From sequence record NC_029091.1: a stretch of 64,000 nucleotides of DNA; one strand, written 5' to 3'. Below, in pieces: positions 47,445 to 55,669 of the stretch. The notes beneath the pieces were generated by a model, which searched no databases, was not told the origin of the DNA, and saw nothing but the letters and a program-made list of their open reading frames with translations. The position numbers and the translations under genes are program-made. Within the stretch, counting starts at the first letter, position 1. The number at the start of each line of letters is the position of its first letter. The stretch is from Escherichia phage APCEc01.

Positions 47445-47909
47445 ATGAAATCATACGCTGAATTTTTGACTGAACAATCTAGTTCAGATGTAAAAGCCGC
47501 TGCGATTGCAGCAATTCAAGCAGGTAAATATTCTTACAAAGACGCCTCTGATGAAGAACGTTTCCGTTTTATTAGAGATTTTAAAGCCGAAGGTTTTACT
47601 AATGCTAATACTGTTAGCCGAGTTTTTAAAAGCCTAGCTGCATCAGGTGAATTGTTCCAGAAAGCTACAGGTAAAGCACCTGCGCCAAAAACAGACCCTA
47701 AAGCAGCTCAAGAAAAAAATATCGCCAAAGGAATTATTTCTAAGTATGAAGCAATTCTTAAAGAGCTTTTAGTAATCAAAACAGAAGGCCAGAAACTGGC
47801 ACGAGCACATAGCTTCAAAGATAATCCTCACGCTCATAGCCTTGAGTATGTTGAAGATATCCAAAAACTTATTAAAGACCGTATCTGGTCTGCTAAACAA
47901 ATTAAATAA
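47445..47909 (+). CDS. internal-protein-like protein with capsid targeting sequence MKSYAEFLTE (154 aa)
   Basis: N-terminal CTS motif, lysine/alanine-rich. Confidence 0.55.
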   Translation: MKSYAEFLTEQSSSDVKAAAIAAIQAGKYSYKDASDEERFRFIRDFKAEGFTNANTVSRVFKSLAASGELFQKATGKAPAPKTDPKAAQEKNIAKGIISKYEAILKELLVIKTEGQKLARAHSFKDNPHAHSLEYVEDIQKLIKDRIWSAKQIK

Positions 47910-47915
47910 TAGAAT

Positions 47916-47944
47916 GCCCCTTCCTTATGGTTGGGGCCTTTTGG
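47916..47944 (+). terminator. rho-independent terminator
   Basis: GCCCCttccttatggttGGGGC then CTTTTGG. Confidence 0.6.
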
Positions 47945-47975
47945 TATCTAGGGCATAAAAATATTTCATAAAGAT

Positions 47976-48004
47976 GTTTACTTCTTCTAAGGACATGATA
48001 CTAT
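47976..48004 (+). promoter_or_regulatory. early promoter (GTTTAC, 17 nt, TACTAT)
   Basis: consensus spacing; leader tagacttatcaacc...gagga resembles other cassettes. Confidence 0.55.
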
Positions 48005-48032
48005 AGACTTATCAACCATAGAGGAAAATGTT

Positions 48033-48536
48033 ATGAGTCTTTACACTGAACTGAATAAAAAATCTGAAGAATCTGCTGAAACTATTTTTAAAAACGTGCA
48101 AAAGCGTATTTTGGAAAAGATGTACGATGCAGCATCTAAAGGTGAAAAATCTTGCCGGTTTCCGATGAGGTGTTCTTCTGATTTATGCGCAAATACTATT
48201 GAATGGCTGGAAAGTGAAGGTCTTACGGTAGAGAAAAACCCGGCGACTTCTATTGACGGCGAATCATATATTAGTATTTCTTGGGATAAATCAAGGGTAG
48301 AAGAGAAAGATGGTGATTGGGTTGTAGATGTTAAAACTTCTGATGGTGGACGTTCTGTTGAAGTTTCAGCTGTAGTTAAAGGCACCCACGAACAAAGGAC
48401 TTGGGGTTGGGGTGGTGAAGAAAAAGAAATTGTTCTTAGTGTGATTGCCAGGTCAACTAGTAATAAAATTGCACAAAGCATCATTGACGCTGCAATTGCT
48501 GAAGCAGAAAAAATTTGCAAAATTAAAAATAAATGA
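48033..48536 (+). CDS. hypothetical protein (167 aa)
   Basis: ORF with promoter and SD; the overlapping minus-strand ORF is a shadow. Confidence 0.55.
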   Translation: MSLYTELNKKSEESAETIFKNVQKRILEKMYDAASKGEKSCRFPMRCSSDLCANTIEWLESEGLTVEKNPATSIDGESYISISWDKSRVEEKDGDWVVDVKTSDGGRSVEVSAVVKGTHEQRTWGWGGEEKEIVLSVIARSTSNKIAQSIIDAAIAEAEKICKIKNK

Positions 48537-48537
48537 T

Positions 48538-48565
48538 GTACAAACGCCAAGGATGGTGGTACTAT
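48538..48565 (+). promoter_or_regulatory. early promoter (TGTACA -35-like, TACTAT -10)
   Basis: -10 and leader identical to cassette at 12248. Confidence 0.5.
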
Positions 48566-48601
48566 AGACTTATCAACTACAGAGGAGTAAACAAAATGAC
48601 T
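48560..48601 (+). repeat. 42-bp promoter/leader/start cassette, second copy
   Basis: identical to 12248-12289. Confidence 0.8.
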
Positions 48602-48760
48602 ACTTTAATTATTTGGTTCGATGAAAATGAAGAAACATACTGTGTGAATATTGGTGAAAGTCCAATGCCTGAATTTGAATCCTCGGATAAAAACTCTGTT
48701 GTATCTTGGGCTGAAGGTTATAAAGCAGCTAAAGGTGACGTTGAAATAATTTACATCTAA
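48596..48760 (+). CDS. hypothetical small protein (54 aa), not in ORF track
   Basis: ATG preceded by SD GAGGAG from the cassette; MTTLIIWFDENEETYCVNIG... Confidence 0.45.
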   Translation: MTTLIIWFDENEETYCVNIGESPMPEFESSDKNSVVSWAEGYKAAKGDVEIIYI

Positions 48761-48778
48761 GTAAGTTTATGTTATAGT
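48750..48778 (+). promoter_or_regulatory. early promoter (TTTACA, 17 nt, TATAGT)
   Basis: sigma70-like hexamers with 17 nt spacer. Confidence 0.5.
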
Positions 48779-48806
48779 AATCACATCAAATCAAGAGGAA
48801 AATAAA

Positions 48807-49034
48807 ATGGCTAAAGTTAGTATTGATGTCGTTGATTATGAATACACCGAAGAAGTTATTCGCAACCGACACCCTGAAGTTCGTATCGATTCAGTCCAAG
48901 ATTCCAAGTTCTGGACAACTGAGCTTAATCTGAGTGGTCCTTATGAAGCTGTTAAGAAGTTCATGGTTGAAGAATACTGCGAAGGCATGCACCCCGAAGA
49001 CGCCAAGTTTTATGTCAATTTGATTAAAAAATAA
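48807..49034 (+). CDS. hypothetical protein (75 aa)
   Basis: ORF with SD AGAGGAA. Confidence 0.5.
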   Translation: MAKVSIDVVDYEYTEEVIRNRHPEVRIDSVQDSKFWTTELNLSGPYEAVKKFMVEEYCEGMHPEDAKFYVNLIKK

Positions 49035-49069
49035 TTTACAAACTCTTGAGAGCAGAGTATAATGCTCTC
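49035..49069 (+). promoter_or_regulatory. early promoter (TTTACA, 17 nt, TATAAT) with -10 inside inverted repeat GAGAGCA/TGCTCTC
   Basis: consensus hexamers and 7-bp inverted repeat flanking the -10. Confidence 0.55.
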
Positions 49070-49104
49070 ATCGGATAACAAACCACCAATTGAAAGGTAA
49101 TAAT

Positions 49105-49698
49105 ATGAACACACTGAAGAAACTTGTTGAATTCATCCGCACTAAACTTGGTACTGCTATGGCTAAAAATCTGACTGTCGAAGAACAGTATAACGCAGCT
49201 GCAGATAAGTTGATTACCCAAATCAAAGAACTAAAAACGGCTTCTGTTAAATCTATTAATGAAGAAAAACGTATTCGCGAACTTGTTAATGAAAAGAACA
49301 AACAAGCCGCTTCTAAGGAACGTGAAATTCGTAAGCTCTTGGCTGAAGGACAAGATGTTACCATGCATGCTAAGCTTGGTCTTCTGTATCGTCGAACTGC
49401 CGAACAACTTAATACAAAGGCTGACGGGTATGCCGCTATGCGAATTGAAATTGCTCGTAAGGTGGTTGAACTTGATGATGCTCGTCAGAATCTGGCAATC
49501 AAACTCGAATACATTCGTGAAACTCGAGCAGCCAATGCCCTTGGTATCTCTACGGCTGATGATGTAATTGAAATCGCTGCACTGACTAAGGTTGATATCG
49601 AAGACACTCTGACTCGTGTTGAAACGTTCAATGGCACTCCAGCCGGTGTCGAAACCACTTCTGCTGATGTACAAGAATATATTAACTCTTTGAAATAA
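49105..49698 (+). CDS. hypothetical coiled-coil protein (197 aa)
   Basis: ORF, predicted mostly helical; the minus-strand ORF 49231-49749 is a shadow. Confidence 0.5.
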   Translation: MNTLKKLVEFIRTKLGTAMAKNLTVEEQYNAAADKLITQIKELKTASVKSINEEKRIRELVNEKNKQAASKEREIRKLLAEGQDVTMHAKLGLLYRRTAEQLNTKADGYAAMRIEIARKVVELDDARQNLAIKLEYIRETRAANALGISTADDVIEIAALTKVDIEDTLTRVETFNGTPAGVETTSADVQEYINSLK

Positions 49699-49705
49699 AA
49701 TAATA

Positions 49706-49730
49706 CGGAGGACTCCGGTCCTCCTTTTGG
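49706..49730 (+). terminator. rho-independent terminator
   Basis: GGAGGACtccgGTCCTCC followed by TTTTGG. Confidence 0.6.
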
Positions 49731-49747
49731 ATAATAAAGGAGTTAAC

Positions 49748-50350
49748 ATGCGAAACCAAAATAATGATATTGACTCAATGTTCGAAGAGTTCCGAGATAA
49801 GGTAAATCCACCTACGTCTTTAGTTGATTCATTACGATATGTTGCAACCGGACGTAAATGGTACTGGTCGTCTTCTTATGAGACTACTGAGAAAACGGCT
49901 AGCCATAGCAGAAAATCTTTATTAGCCCCAGGTATTATGATTCATGATATCGGAGCTATTGCTAAACTAGTTGCAGACCATGATATTAGATTCACCGATT
50001 TCGTTGCTCCTACATGGTCTGTTTGTTGTTTAAACACTGAATGGGAATATATCAGCGAACGCTCTAAAGATTATTATGGTTTTAGAGATAAGCTTCTGAG
50101 GTCTAACATGTTTTATATTGATACAGAAGTTCTGGTCAATAATAAAAAATACTACTTCACTTTAATCGTCGATTCTGAAACTATGTATGAAGGCGGGCCT
50201 TTGCTTAAGAGAGTTGATGCTTTAAGTGCTATTGATGCGCTTTATGAAACTATGGTTGTTAGTCCTAATTTCACTAACAATTTAATCCTTGAGCAATTTA
50301 TTATGGAATGTAGAGAATATGTCAAAGCCAACCCTGTACATGCCAATTAA
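49748..50350 (+). CDS. hypothetical protein ending in F-I-M-E-C-R motif (200 aa)
   Basis: ATG with SD AAGGAG; C-terminal ...LEQFIMECREY. Confidence 0.5.
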   Translation: MRNQNNDIDSMFEEFRDKVNPPTSLVDSLRYVATGRKWYWSSSYETTEKTASHSRKSLLAPGIMIHDIGAIAKLVADHDIRFTDFVAPTWSVCCLNTEWEYISERSKDYYGFRDKLLRSNMFYIDTEVLVNNKKYYFTLIVDSETMYEGGPLLKRVDALSAIDALYETMVVSPNFTNNLILEQFIMECREYVKANPVHAN

Positions 50351-50714
50351 GCCCTGGGCATACGAATACAAGCGTAAATTAATCCCAAATGAAGTACTAT
50401 TTGGCCCTATTTTAGCTTTAGCATTTTTAATCTTTATGATTATAGGAGCTGTTTTAGATTCCAATAAAGTTATATCGTCTGATGCAGCATTTTCATTAAT
50501 GTTCGTCGCACCACTTATTGTACCGTTTTTATTAATGCCTATTAATTGGGTAGGATATTGGCACCAAGGCCGTCATCACAGAGCTCGAGTAAGAGAATGG
50601 AAAGTTCAGTGCGCAAAAGCCCAAGCTCAGTATGATGAAGCTGTTAAAAAGTATGAATATGAAGAAGCTATGGAATTCGTTAAGGAAATAAGATGCAAAA
50701 GCCTCAACTCTTAA
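50319..50714 (+). CDS. membrane protein, F-x-K-E-x-R-C C-terminal family (131 aa)
   Basis: two predicted TM helices; ends ...AMEFVKEIRCK; start uncertain (50289, 50319 or 50340). Confidence 0.45.
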   Translation: MSKPTLYMPIKPWAYEYKRKLIPNEVLFGPILALAFLIFMIIGAVLDSNKVISSDAAFSLMFVAPLIVPFLLMPINWVGYWHQGRHHRARVREWKVQCAKAQAQYDEAVKKYEYEEAMEFVKEIRCKSLNS

Positions 50715-51052
50715 CCGTATGGCCTTCTCTTGGTGAGAACATTCTAATTTTTATTATGAGTATTGGCATGGGATTTGCCTTTGGATTAGTTGGATTTCTT
50801 ATTGACGGCGTTGTGTTAGGATTTATAGGGAACACTGGTGGATTCACAGACCAATGGCAGGACTTACGGTATACCCAAGCCTTTGCATCCATCGCATCAT
50901 TTTGTACTGTAGTCTATTTTTACTACGATTTTATAAACCACAACAAGAAAAATAAAAAGGTTTACGCTTCTCAAATGATTAGTTATAATGAACTCCTAGC
51001 TAGACGTGAAAATGAAACAATCGAAAACTTTATTAAGGAATGTAGAAAATGA
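50693..51052 (+). CDS. membrane protein, NFIKECR C-terminal family (119 aa)
   Basis: 2-3 predicted TM helices; ends ...ETIENFIKECRK. Confidence 0.5.
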   Translation: MQKPQLLTVWPSLGENILIFIMSIGMGFAFGLVGFLIDGVVLGFIGNTGGFTDQWQDLRYTQAFASIASFCTVVYFYYDFINHNKKNKKVYASQMISYNELLARRENETIENFIKECRK

Positions 51053-51354
51053 GTAAGATTATTGAAATTAAAGTACCAGAGTTTAATGATGCCAAATCCG
51101 CTTCAGATGCAATTTATAAACTTCTGAATCAAGCTGAACGTATCGAAGAAGAAGCAACAAAGATCGCAGACCAATATGCCGTATCATTTTCTGTAGGTGA
51201 TTATGGTAGCGGTCGTACTTATTATCCTAAGGGTGAAATCGTATCCCAGTGGATGAAAGATGAAATTGAAAATAATGGCGGCGATGTTAAGCGTGAAGGT
51301 AATGGATACGTTATTACTGAAGGTGCTTGGGTTTCGTCTTCTGCGTTGTGCTAA
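51049..51354 (+). CDS. hypothetical protein, GWVSSS-x-x-C C-terminal family, member 1 (101 aa)
   Basis: ends ...EGAWVSSSALC; ATGA overlap with upstream gene. Confidence 0.5.
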   Translation: MSKIIEIKVPEFNDAKSASDAIYKLLNQAERIEEEATKIADQYAVSFSVGDYGSGRTYYPKGEIVSQWMKDEIENNGGDVKREGNGYVITEGAWVSSSALC

Positions 51355-51363
51355 GGAATCATT

Positions 51364-51636
51364 ATGTCTAAAGAACAAACCGAACTGGCTGAAGCTGTAG
51401 CAAAAATCTATGCAGCTATTGAGGCTGCCAAAGAAATTGCTGATAAACAAAACACAACATTCAACTTGTACCCAGCTTATGGTATGGGTGGAACCTATCA
51501 TTCACCCGGACATCTTAAAGCCGATCTTGAACGTTGTACAAAAAACGGCTATGCTGAATGGGCTGACGTTTACCAATACGACTACAACCTGAGCCTCGAA
51601 ACTGGTGGTTGGGTCGCATCTTCTCACACTTGCTAA
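51364..51636 (+). CDS. hypothetical protein, GWV-x-SS-x-x-C family, member 2 (90 aa)
   Basis: ends ...GGWVASSHTC; SD AAGGAA. Confidence 0.5.
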   Translation: MSKEQTELAEAVAKIYAAIEAAKEIADKQNTTFNLYPAYGMGGTYHSPGHLKADLERCTKNGYAEWADVYQYDYNLSLETGGWVASSHTC

Positions 51637-51645
51637 GGAAACAAT

Positions 51646-51843
51646 ATGTCTCGTGAATTAGATTGTGCTGTACGTACGGCAGTAGCTGCTCTGGAAAACC
51701 TGTTCCAAATTGCAACAGAAGAACGCGAAGAAGTTACATTATGGATTGAAGATAACGCAGGTCTGAATCTCCAGGACGCGATCTCATTATCCCACAATAG
51801 TATCACTGTTCAAGGCTGGGTATCATCTAGTTATTCTTGCTAA
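51646..51843 (+). CDS. hypothetical protein, GWVSSS-x-x-C family, member 3 (65 aa)
   Basis: ends ...QGWVSSSYSC; SD AAGGAA. Confidence 0.5.
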   Translation: MSRELDCAVRTAVAALENLFQIATEEREEVTLWIEDNAGLNLQDAISLSHNSITVQGWVSSSYSC

Positions 51844-51847
51844 AACA

Positions 51848-51896
51848 GTTTACAACAAGATAGGGCTATGTTATAGTAGTCCTATCAAAACAAATG
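51848..51896 (+). promoter_or_regulatory. early promoter in stem-loop (PeSL-like cassette, copy B)
   Basis: GTTTAC, 17 nt, TTATAG; gatagggctatgttatagtagtcctatcaaaacaaatg. Confidence 0.6.
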
Positions 51897-51905
51897 GAGT
51901 CCACA

Positions 51906-52145
51906 ATGATTTATTACGAAAGTATCGGAACCAAAGTGGTTAGTAAAACCATTACTCGTGAAAAGTTTGCAAAGATATTCGATATGCGTTATAAAAAATC
52001 TGAACACAAAGGCATCCGATTCGAAGATGCGCACTGTACAATTTGCCCTTATAATGAAGACATAAACGGTACAATCGTTCCATTGGTAGAGGCTTCACAT
52101 GATGACCTCTGGGATGAATATAATATCGCATGTCGTGAAATTTAA
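51906..52145 (+). CDS. hypothetical protein (79 aa)
   Basis: start at ATG after SD GGAG (the track start ATG is part of the SD). Confidence 0.45.
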   Translation: MIYYESIGTKVVSKTITREKFAKIFDMRYKKSEHKGIRFEDAHCTICPYNEDINGTIVPLVEASHDDLWDEYNIACREI

Positions 52146-52173
52146 GTTAATGAATTAATCCGAGGAAAATATT

Positions 52174-53130
52174 ATGATGTTAGTTATTGGTTCTCGTGCA
52201 CTTCACTATCACGGTCTTATTGATTCTAGCGCTATTAAAAATAGTGATTGGGACTTTATTGCGGACCAAGGTTCTTGGAATGCATTCAAAAATCAAATGA
52301 TGGGTGTATATGTTCACCAAGATAACCCTGATGTCCAAGTTTTCAAATGCTTCCATAATGGACGCGAAACTCATTTTGAAGCATATATTGTTCCGGCAAT
52401 CACTAATGTCCGTGAATTAGTCGGTGAACTCACTCCTGAAGATTTCACGTCTTCTTATGACCTTTTAAAATACGCCAAGAAAAATTTGACTAAAGACCGT
52501 TTGAACGGGTTTTACTGGGCAACTCCTGAGATATGTCTTGCAATTAAGATGTCTCATCGTTTCAAGAAAAATAATCCATTCTTTTTAAAGACTATGAACC
52601 ATATTCAGTATCTTCGTGGTAAAGGTGTTACACTGAACGATGAACTTACTGAAATTATGCTGAAACGCCAGAAAGAAACCTTGAATTATGCTCACCCAGT
52701 TCTTGACACTTCTAAAAGTGCGTTCTTTAAAGATGACATCTATACATATGACCATGATACTATTCATGAAGCCATTGCACTAACAGACCGTCCAGCGTAT
52801 ACATTTTATATGAAAGATGGTTCTGAAGTCATGACCTCACGCGAGAAGTTCGAATCATTACCAGAAATGGTCAAATTGGCCGGCGTATACGAAGAATCAT
52901 GTGTACTAGCGTTAGAACGTTCTCAGATTCCTAATAACTTTGAAATCCATCCACGTGATAGTTTTATGATGGCCCTTGAAAAGGTCTGTACATCAATCAC
53001 ATCAGGATGGTTCCGTGAGTTCGCTTGGGAAAATTATAGCAAAGTAGTAAGTATGTACCAAAGCTTAGGACACGACGATTACGTCAAGCGTTTCAAACAA
53101 AACTTTCATATGGTAAAACCTTTCAAATAA
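52174..53130 (+). CDS. hypothetical protein (318 aa), possible nucleotidyltransferase-like N-terminus
   Basis: largest ORF of the accessory region; N-terminal IGSRAL...SDWDF weakly resembles the G-S...D-x-D signature. Confidence 0.5.
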   Translation: MMLVIGSRALHYHGLIDSSAIKNSDWDFIADQGSWNAFKNQMMGVYVHQDNPDVQVFKCFHNGRETHFEAYIVPAITNVRELVGELTPEDFTSSYDLLKYAKKNLTKDRLNGFYWATPEICLAIKMSHRFKKNNPFFLKTMNHIQYLRGKGVTLNDELTEIMLKRQKETLNYAHPVLDTSKSAFFKDDIYTYDHDTIHEAIALTDRPAYTFYMKDGSEVMTSREKFESLPEMVKLAGVYEESCVLALERSQIPNNFEIHPRDSFMMALEKVCTSITSGWFREFAWENYSKVVSMYQSLGHDDYVKRFKQNFHMVKPFK

Positions 53131-53142
53131 TTTCACAAAACA

Positions 53143-53172
53143 GTTTACAAGGTCTGTAGTTGTTGATACTAT
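53143..53172 (+). promoter_or_regulatory. early promoter (GTTTAC, 18 nt, TACTAT); upstream 26 bp identical to 44665-44690
   Basis: shared aaataatttcacaaaacagtttaca. Confidence 0.55.
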
Positions 53173-53210
53173 AGACCTATCAAAACAAATGAGTGAATGG
53201 AGATATAAAA

Positions 53211-53411
53211 ATGACTACTTTGAATAAACGTTTCGGTAAAGCTAAACCTGGTTGTGCAGCAGAACGTCGTTATGTTTTCGCTCAGTTAGAAGATGTAGAG
53301 TATCAGATTAATCAAGTTCACATTACTGGCATCGAGCCTATGTGTGGCCTTGAAGCTCTTCGTGAAGTTCGTGATGGGTATCGTCGTGACATCGAAGAAA
53401 TGTCAAAATAA
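53211..53411 (+). CDS. hypothetical small protein (66 aa)
   Basis: ATG after SD GGAG; MTTLNKRFGKAKPGCAAERRY... Confidence 0.45.
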   Translation: MTTLNKRFGKAKPGCAAERRYVFAQLEDVEYQINQVHITGIEPMCGLEALREVRDGYRRDIEEMSK

Positions 53412-53412
53412 G

Positions 53413-53455
53413 TGTACAAACTGATAGGACTATGTTATAGTAGTCCTATTAAAAC
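53413..53455 (+). promoter_or_regulatory. early promoter in stem-loop (PeSL-like cassette, copy C)
   Basis: gataggactatgttatagtagtcctattaaaac, nearly identical to copies A and B. Confidence 0.55.
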
Positions 53456-53469
53456 ATGAGGAGAATATT

Positions 53470-53775
53470 ATGAAATTAGGCGAAACCAACCGAATTGGTC
53501 TTTTAACAATATTTGTATCACTTTTTTACGCAGCTCTTTCTGTTGCAGTATTACAAAAGGCTTACAGTATGGATGGTGTTCCTGGTTTTGTATTCTTATC
53601 GCCGTTTTTGCTATTCGTTGGAGCATTGTTATTATATGCCACGACTAGTTTCGACCATAACGTCTGGGTCAATTATAAATGTAAATTGTCTGAAGAAGAA
53701 CACGCAGAAGCTCGTAAAAAAGCTATTGAATCTACCAATCTAGAAAATTTCATTAAAGAATGTCGAGGAAAATAA
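53470..53775 (+). CDS. membrane protein, NFIKECR C-terminal family (101 aa)
   Basis: two predicted TM helices; ends ...NLENFIKECRGK. Confidence 0.5.
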   Translation: MKLGETNRIGLLTIFVSLFYAALSVAVLQKAYSMDGVPGFVFLSPFLLFVGALLLYATTSFDHNVWVNYKCKLSEEEHAEARKKAIESTNLENFIKECRGK

Positions 53776-53776
53776 T

Positions 53777-54463
53777 ATGAATAGTTCTAAAGTGTTTAAT
53801 AGTCAAGCTCGTGCAGTAGGTGGTTTTGCTCATGCGATTAAAAATGACCAGATTAAAAACGAGCCTATGTTCTTTAATTGCGATTTGAATTTTGCTTTTG
53901 ATAACGGCGGTCCAATTACTCGTAGCTTTATCCAAAATCTCCCTGACGATTGGAAAGACTCGGATGTAGTATTTGATTCACGAGTCCATATGCTGATGCC
54001 TGGTTGGTATCCTGCTATTCCTGGTTATCACCATGATGACGTACCACGCCCGGATATTCCGGTTGGTCAACATTTTATTACTGCAGGACAACCTGACTAT
54101 GACAATCCTCGCTATTTGTCTGAACATATTCTTGGTCTTGTTAACGCTGATGTGTGTCCTACTCATTTTGCAACAGGAACTGCAGAGTTCAGTCAGATTC
54201 CTGATGGCGAACTTATCTATCGCCAGTGGCACAAAGAAGTCCTCGAAAAAATCGAAAAAGGCGAACTAGAGAAATGGGAAGCTCCAGATCGTACTCTTCT
54301 TCAGTTTGATTGGCAAACATGGCACACTGGTTCTCGTGCAATTAGTAACGGATGGCGTTGGTTCGGACGTGTATCTCGTAATACAGACCGAGTTAAAAAG
54401 ATTACCAATGAAATTCGTGTCAATGCCCAAGTTTATCTGGAATTCCCTATGGAAGGATGGTAA
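53777..54463 (+). CDS. hypothetical protein (228 aa), His/Asp-rich, possible metal-binding fold
   Basis: ORF with SD GAGGAAA; contains YHHDD and WHTGSR segments. Confidence 0.5.
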   Translation: MNSSKVFNSQARAVGGFAHAIKNDQIKNEPMFFNCDLNFAFDNGGPITRSFIQNLPDDWKDSDVVFDSRVHMLMPGWYPAIPGYHHDDVPRPDIPVGQHFITAGQPDYDNPRYLSEHILGLVNADVCPTHFATGTAEFSQIPDGELIYRQWHKEVLEKIEKGELEKWEAPDRTLLQFDWQTWHTGSRAISNGWRWFGRVSRNTDRVKKITNEIRVNAQVYLEFPMEGW

Positions 54464-54954
54464 TGATTAACAAAACATATTGGTCTAATATAGACGATGG
54501 CAACGAAGGTATTTCATACTATTCAGTAGATTGGACAGGATGTCCATCCTACTTAGTGAAACATATTTGCCAAGAATTTAAAATCGACCAGCCAGCAGGT
54601 ATTATCGTGAACAGATACATTAATGGATATCAACCTATCGATGAAGTAATACGAACAACTCAAGCTGAGCTTGAAAAGTTTTTCAATAAGTGCCAATGGA
54701 TAACAGGATGGATTATATTTGTACCGTCGGTATGGTTTTTTAGTACTAAGGTGAGTTCTTTCGGTTTTGTTGATATTATTGCTATCTTATTAGCATCTGC
54801 TATCGTAAGTATAATTGGCGGTATAATTGGTGGAGGTACTGTAGGCATCATTATTAATCTTGTTAAAAGTAGTTTACAAGAACGTAAAGACAAGATAAAG
54901 GCCAAGAATAATGAAGTTGAACGTTTTATTACCGAATGCAGGAATTTGAGATGA
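54457..54954 (+). CDS. membrane protein, F-I-T-E-C-R C-terminal family (165 aa)
   Basis: C-terminal half hydrophobic (two TM helices, GxxxG-rich); ends ...VERFITECRNLR. Confidence 0.5.
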   Translation: MVMINKTYWSNIDDGNEGISYYSVDWTGCPSYLVKHICQEFKIDQPAGIIVNRYINGYQPIDEVIRTTQAELEKFFNKCQWITGWIIFVPSVWFFSTKVSSFGFVDIIAILLASAIVSIIGGIIGGGTVGIIINLVKSSLQERKDKIKAKNNEVERFITECRNLR

Positions 54955-55187
54955 GTATAGCAATTTACATTAAATCAGAATCATGTGATAGTTATCTGTA
55001 CACATATGATAAAGATGTGTCAGAAGAAAAAATCAAAGACGACCTTAATATGGACCTTGATATGTTCTGTCCTATTGCAGATTACAAACTTGCGGTCTCT
55101 AATAGTGAAAGTCCATCTAAAGAAACGCGCATTGAAGAATTTATGTCCGAATTAATGGCCAAATCATGGGACCGAGATGATGAGTAA
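54951..55187 (+). CDS. hypothetical acidic protein (78 aa)
   Basis: ATGA overlap with upstream gene, SD AGGAA. Confidence 0.45.
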   Translation: MSIAIYIKSESCDSYLYTYDKDVSEEKIKDDLNMDLDMFCPIADYKLAVSNSESPSKETRIEEFMSELMAKSWDRDDE

Positions 55188-55635
55188 GAAAAATAAAGTG
55201 AAAGAACTATCAGCCGGTATTATTTTCCTTACCGAAGATAAAGAATTATTCATGGGGCGTGTAACTGGTTCTCGTCCTAAAGGTGCATTAGCTCATCGGT
55301 GGGATATTCCTAAAGGCCGTGTCGAACCTGGCGAATCTCCTATTGAAGCCGCTATTCGTGAATGCGAAGAAGAAACTGGGTTTACACAATATGACCCTGC
55401 CTTCCTGAAAGACCTAGGTGAACATCATTACTCAGACAATAAGAATATTCATCTGTTCCTATATACCATCCCTGTAGAGCACGAGCAATTCAGAAACAGT
55501 GTTTGTAATTCCTATCATACATTCCCAGACGGACGACAGATTCCTGAATTTGATGCATTCGCTTTAATTAAACCTTCTCAATGGGAATATGTAATGGGTA
55601 AATCATTATATAAGGTGCTCACTACACTCCTATAA
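55177..55635 (+). CDS. nudE: Nudix hydrolase NudE
   Basis: 152 aa; Nudix box GRVEPGESPIEAAIRECEEETGF; immediately upstream of e as T4 e.1. Confidence 0.8.
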   Translation: MMSKKNKVKELSAGIIFLTEDKELFMGRVTGSRPKGALAHRWDIPKGRVEPGESPIEAAIRECEEETGFTQYDPAFLKDLGEHHYSDNKNIHLFLYTIPVEHEQFRNSVCNSYHTFPDGRQIPEFDAFALIKPSQWEYVMGKSLYKVLTTLL

Positions 55636-55642
55636 GTAATAA

Positions 55643-55668
55643 ATACCTCCTATAAACGTGGGAGGTAT
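55643..55668 (+). promoter_or_regulatory. stem-loop sequestering the lysozyme RBS, with late-promoter-like TATAAACG in the loop
   Basis: 8-bp inverted repeat ATACCTCC/GGAGGTAT; 3' arm contains SD GGAGG two nt before ATG. Confidence 0.55.
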
Positions 55669-55669
55669 T

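Noticed and set aside
48041-48550. Minus-strand 169-aa ORF
   Set aside because: Overlaps the plus-strand 167-aa ORF that has an early promoter and SD; all neighbouring genes are on the plus strand.
49231-49749. Minus-strand 172-aa ORF
   Set aside because: Antisense to the promoter-driven plus-strand coiled-coil ORF 49105-49698; no expression signals.
50681-51052. Idea that the NFIKECR similarity is only a conserved ribosome-binding sequence for the downstream gene
   Set aside because: The identical amino-acid segments are encoded with synonymous codon differences, so the constraint is at least partly on the protein; the RBS overlap is noted in the finding.
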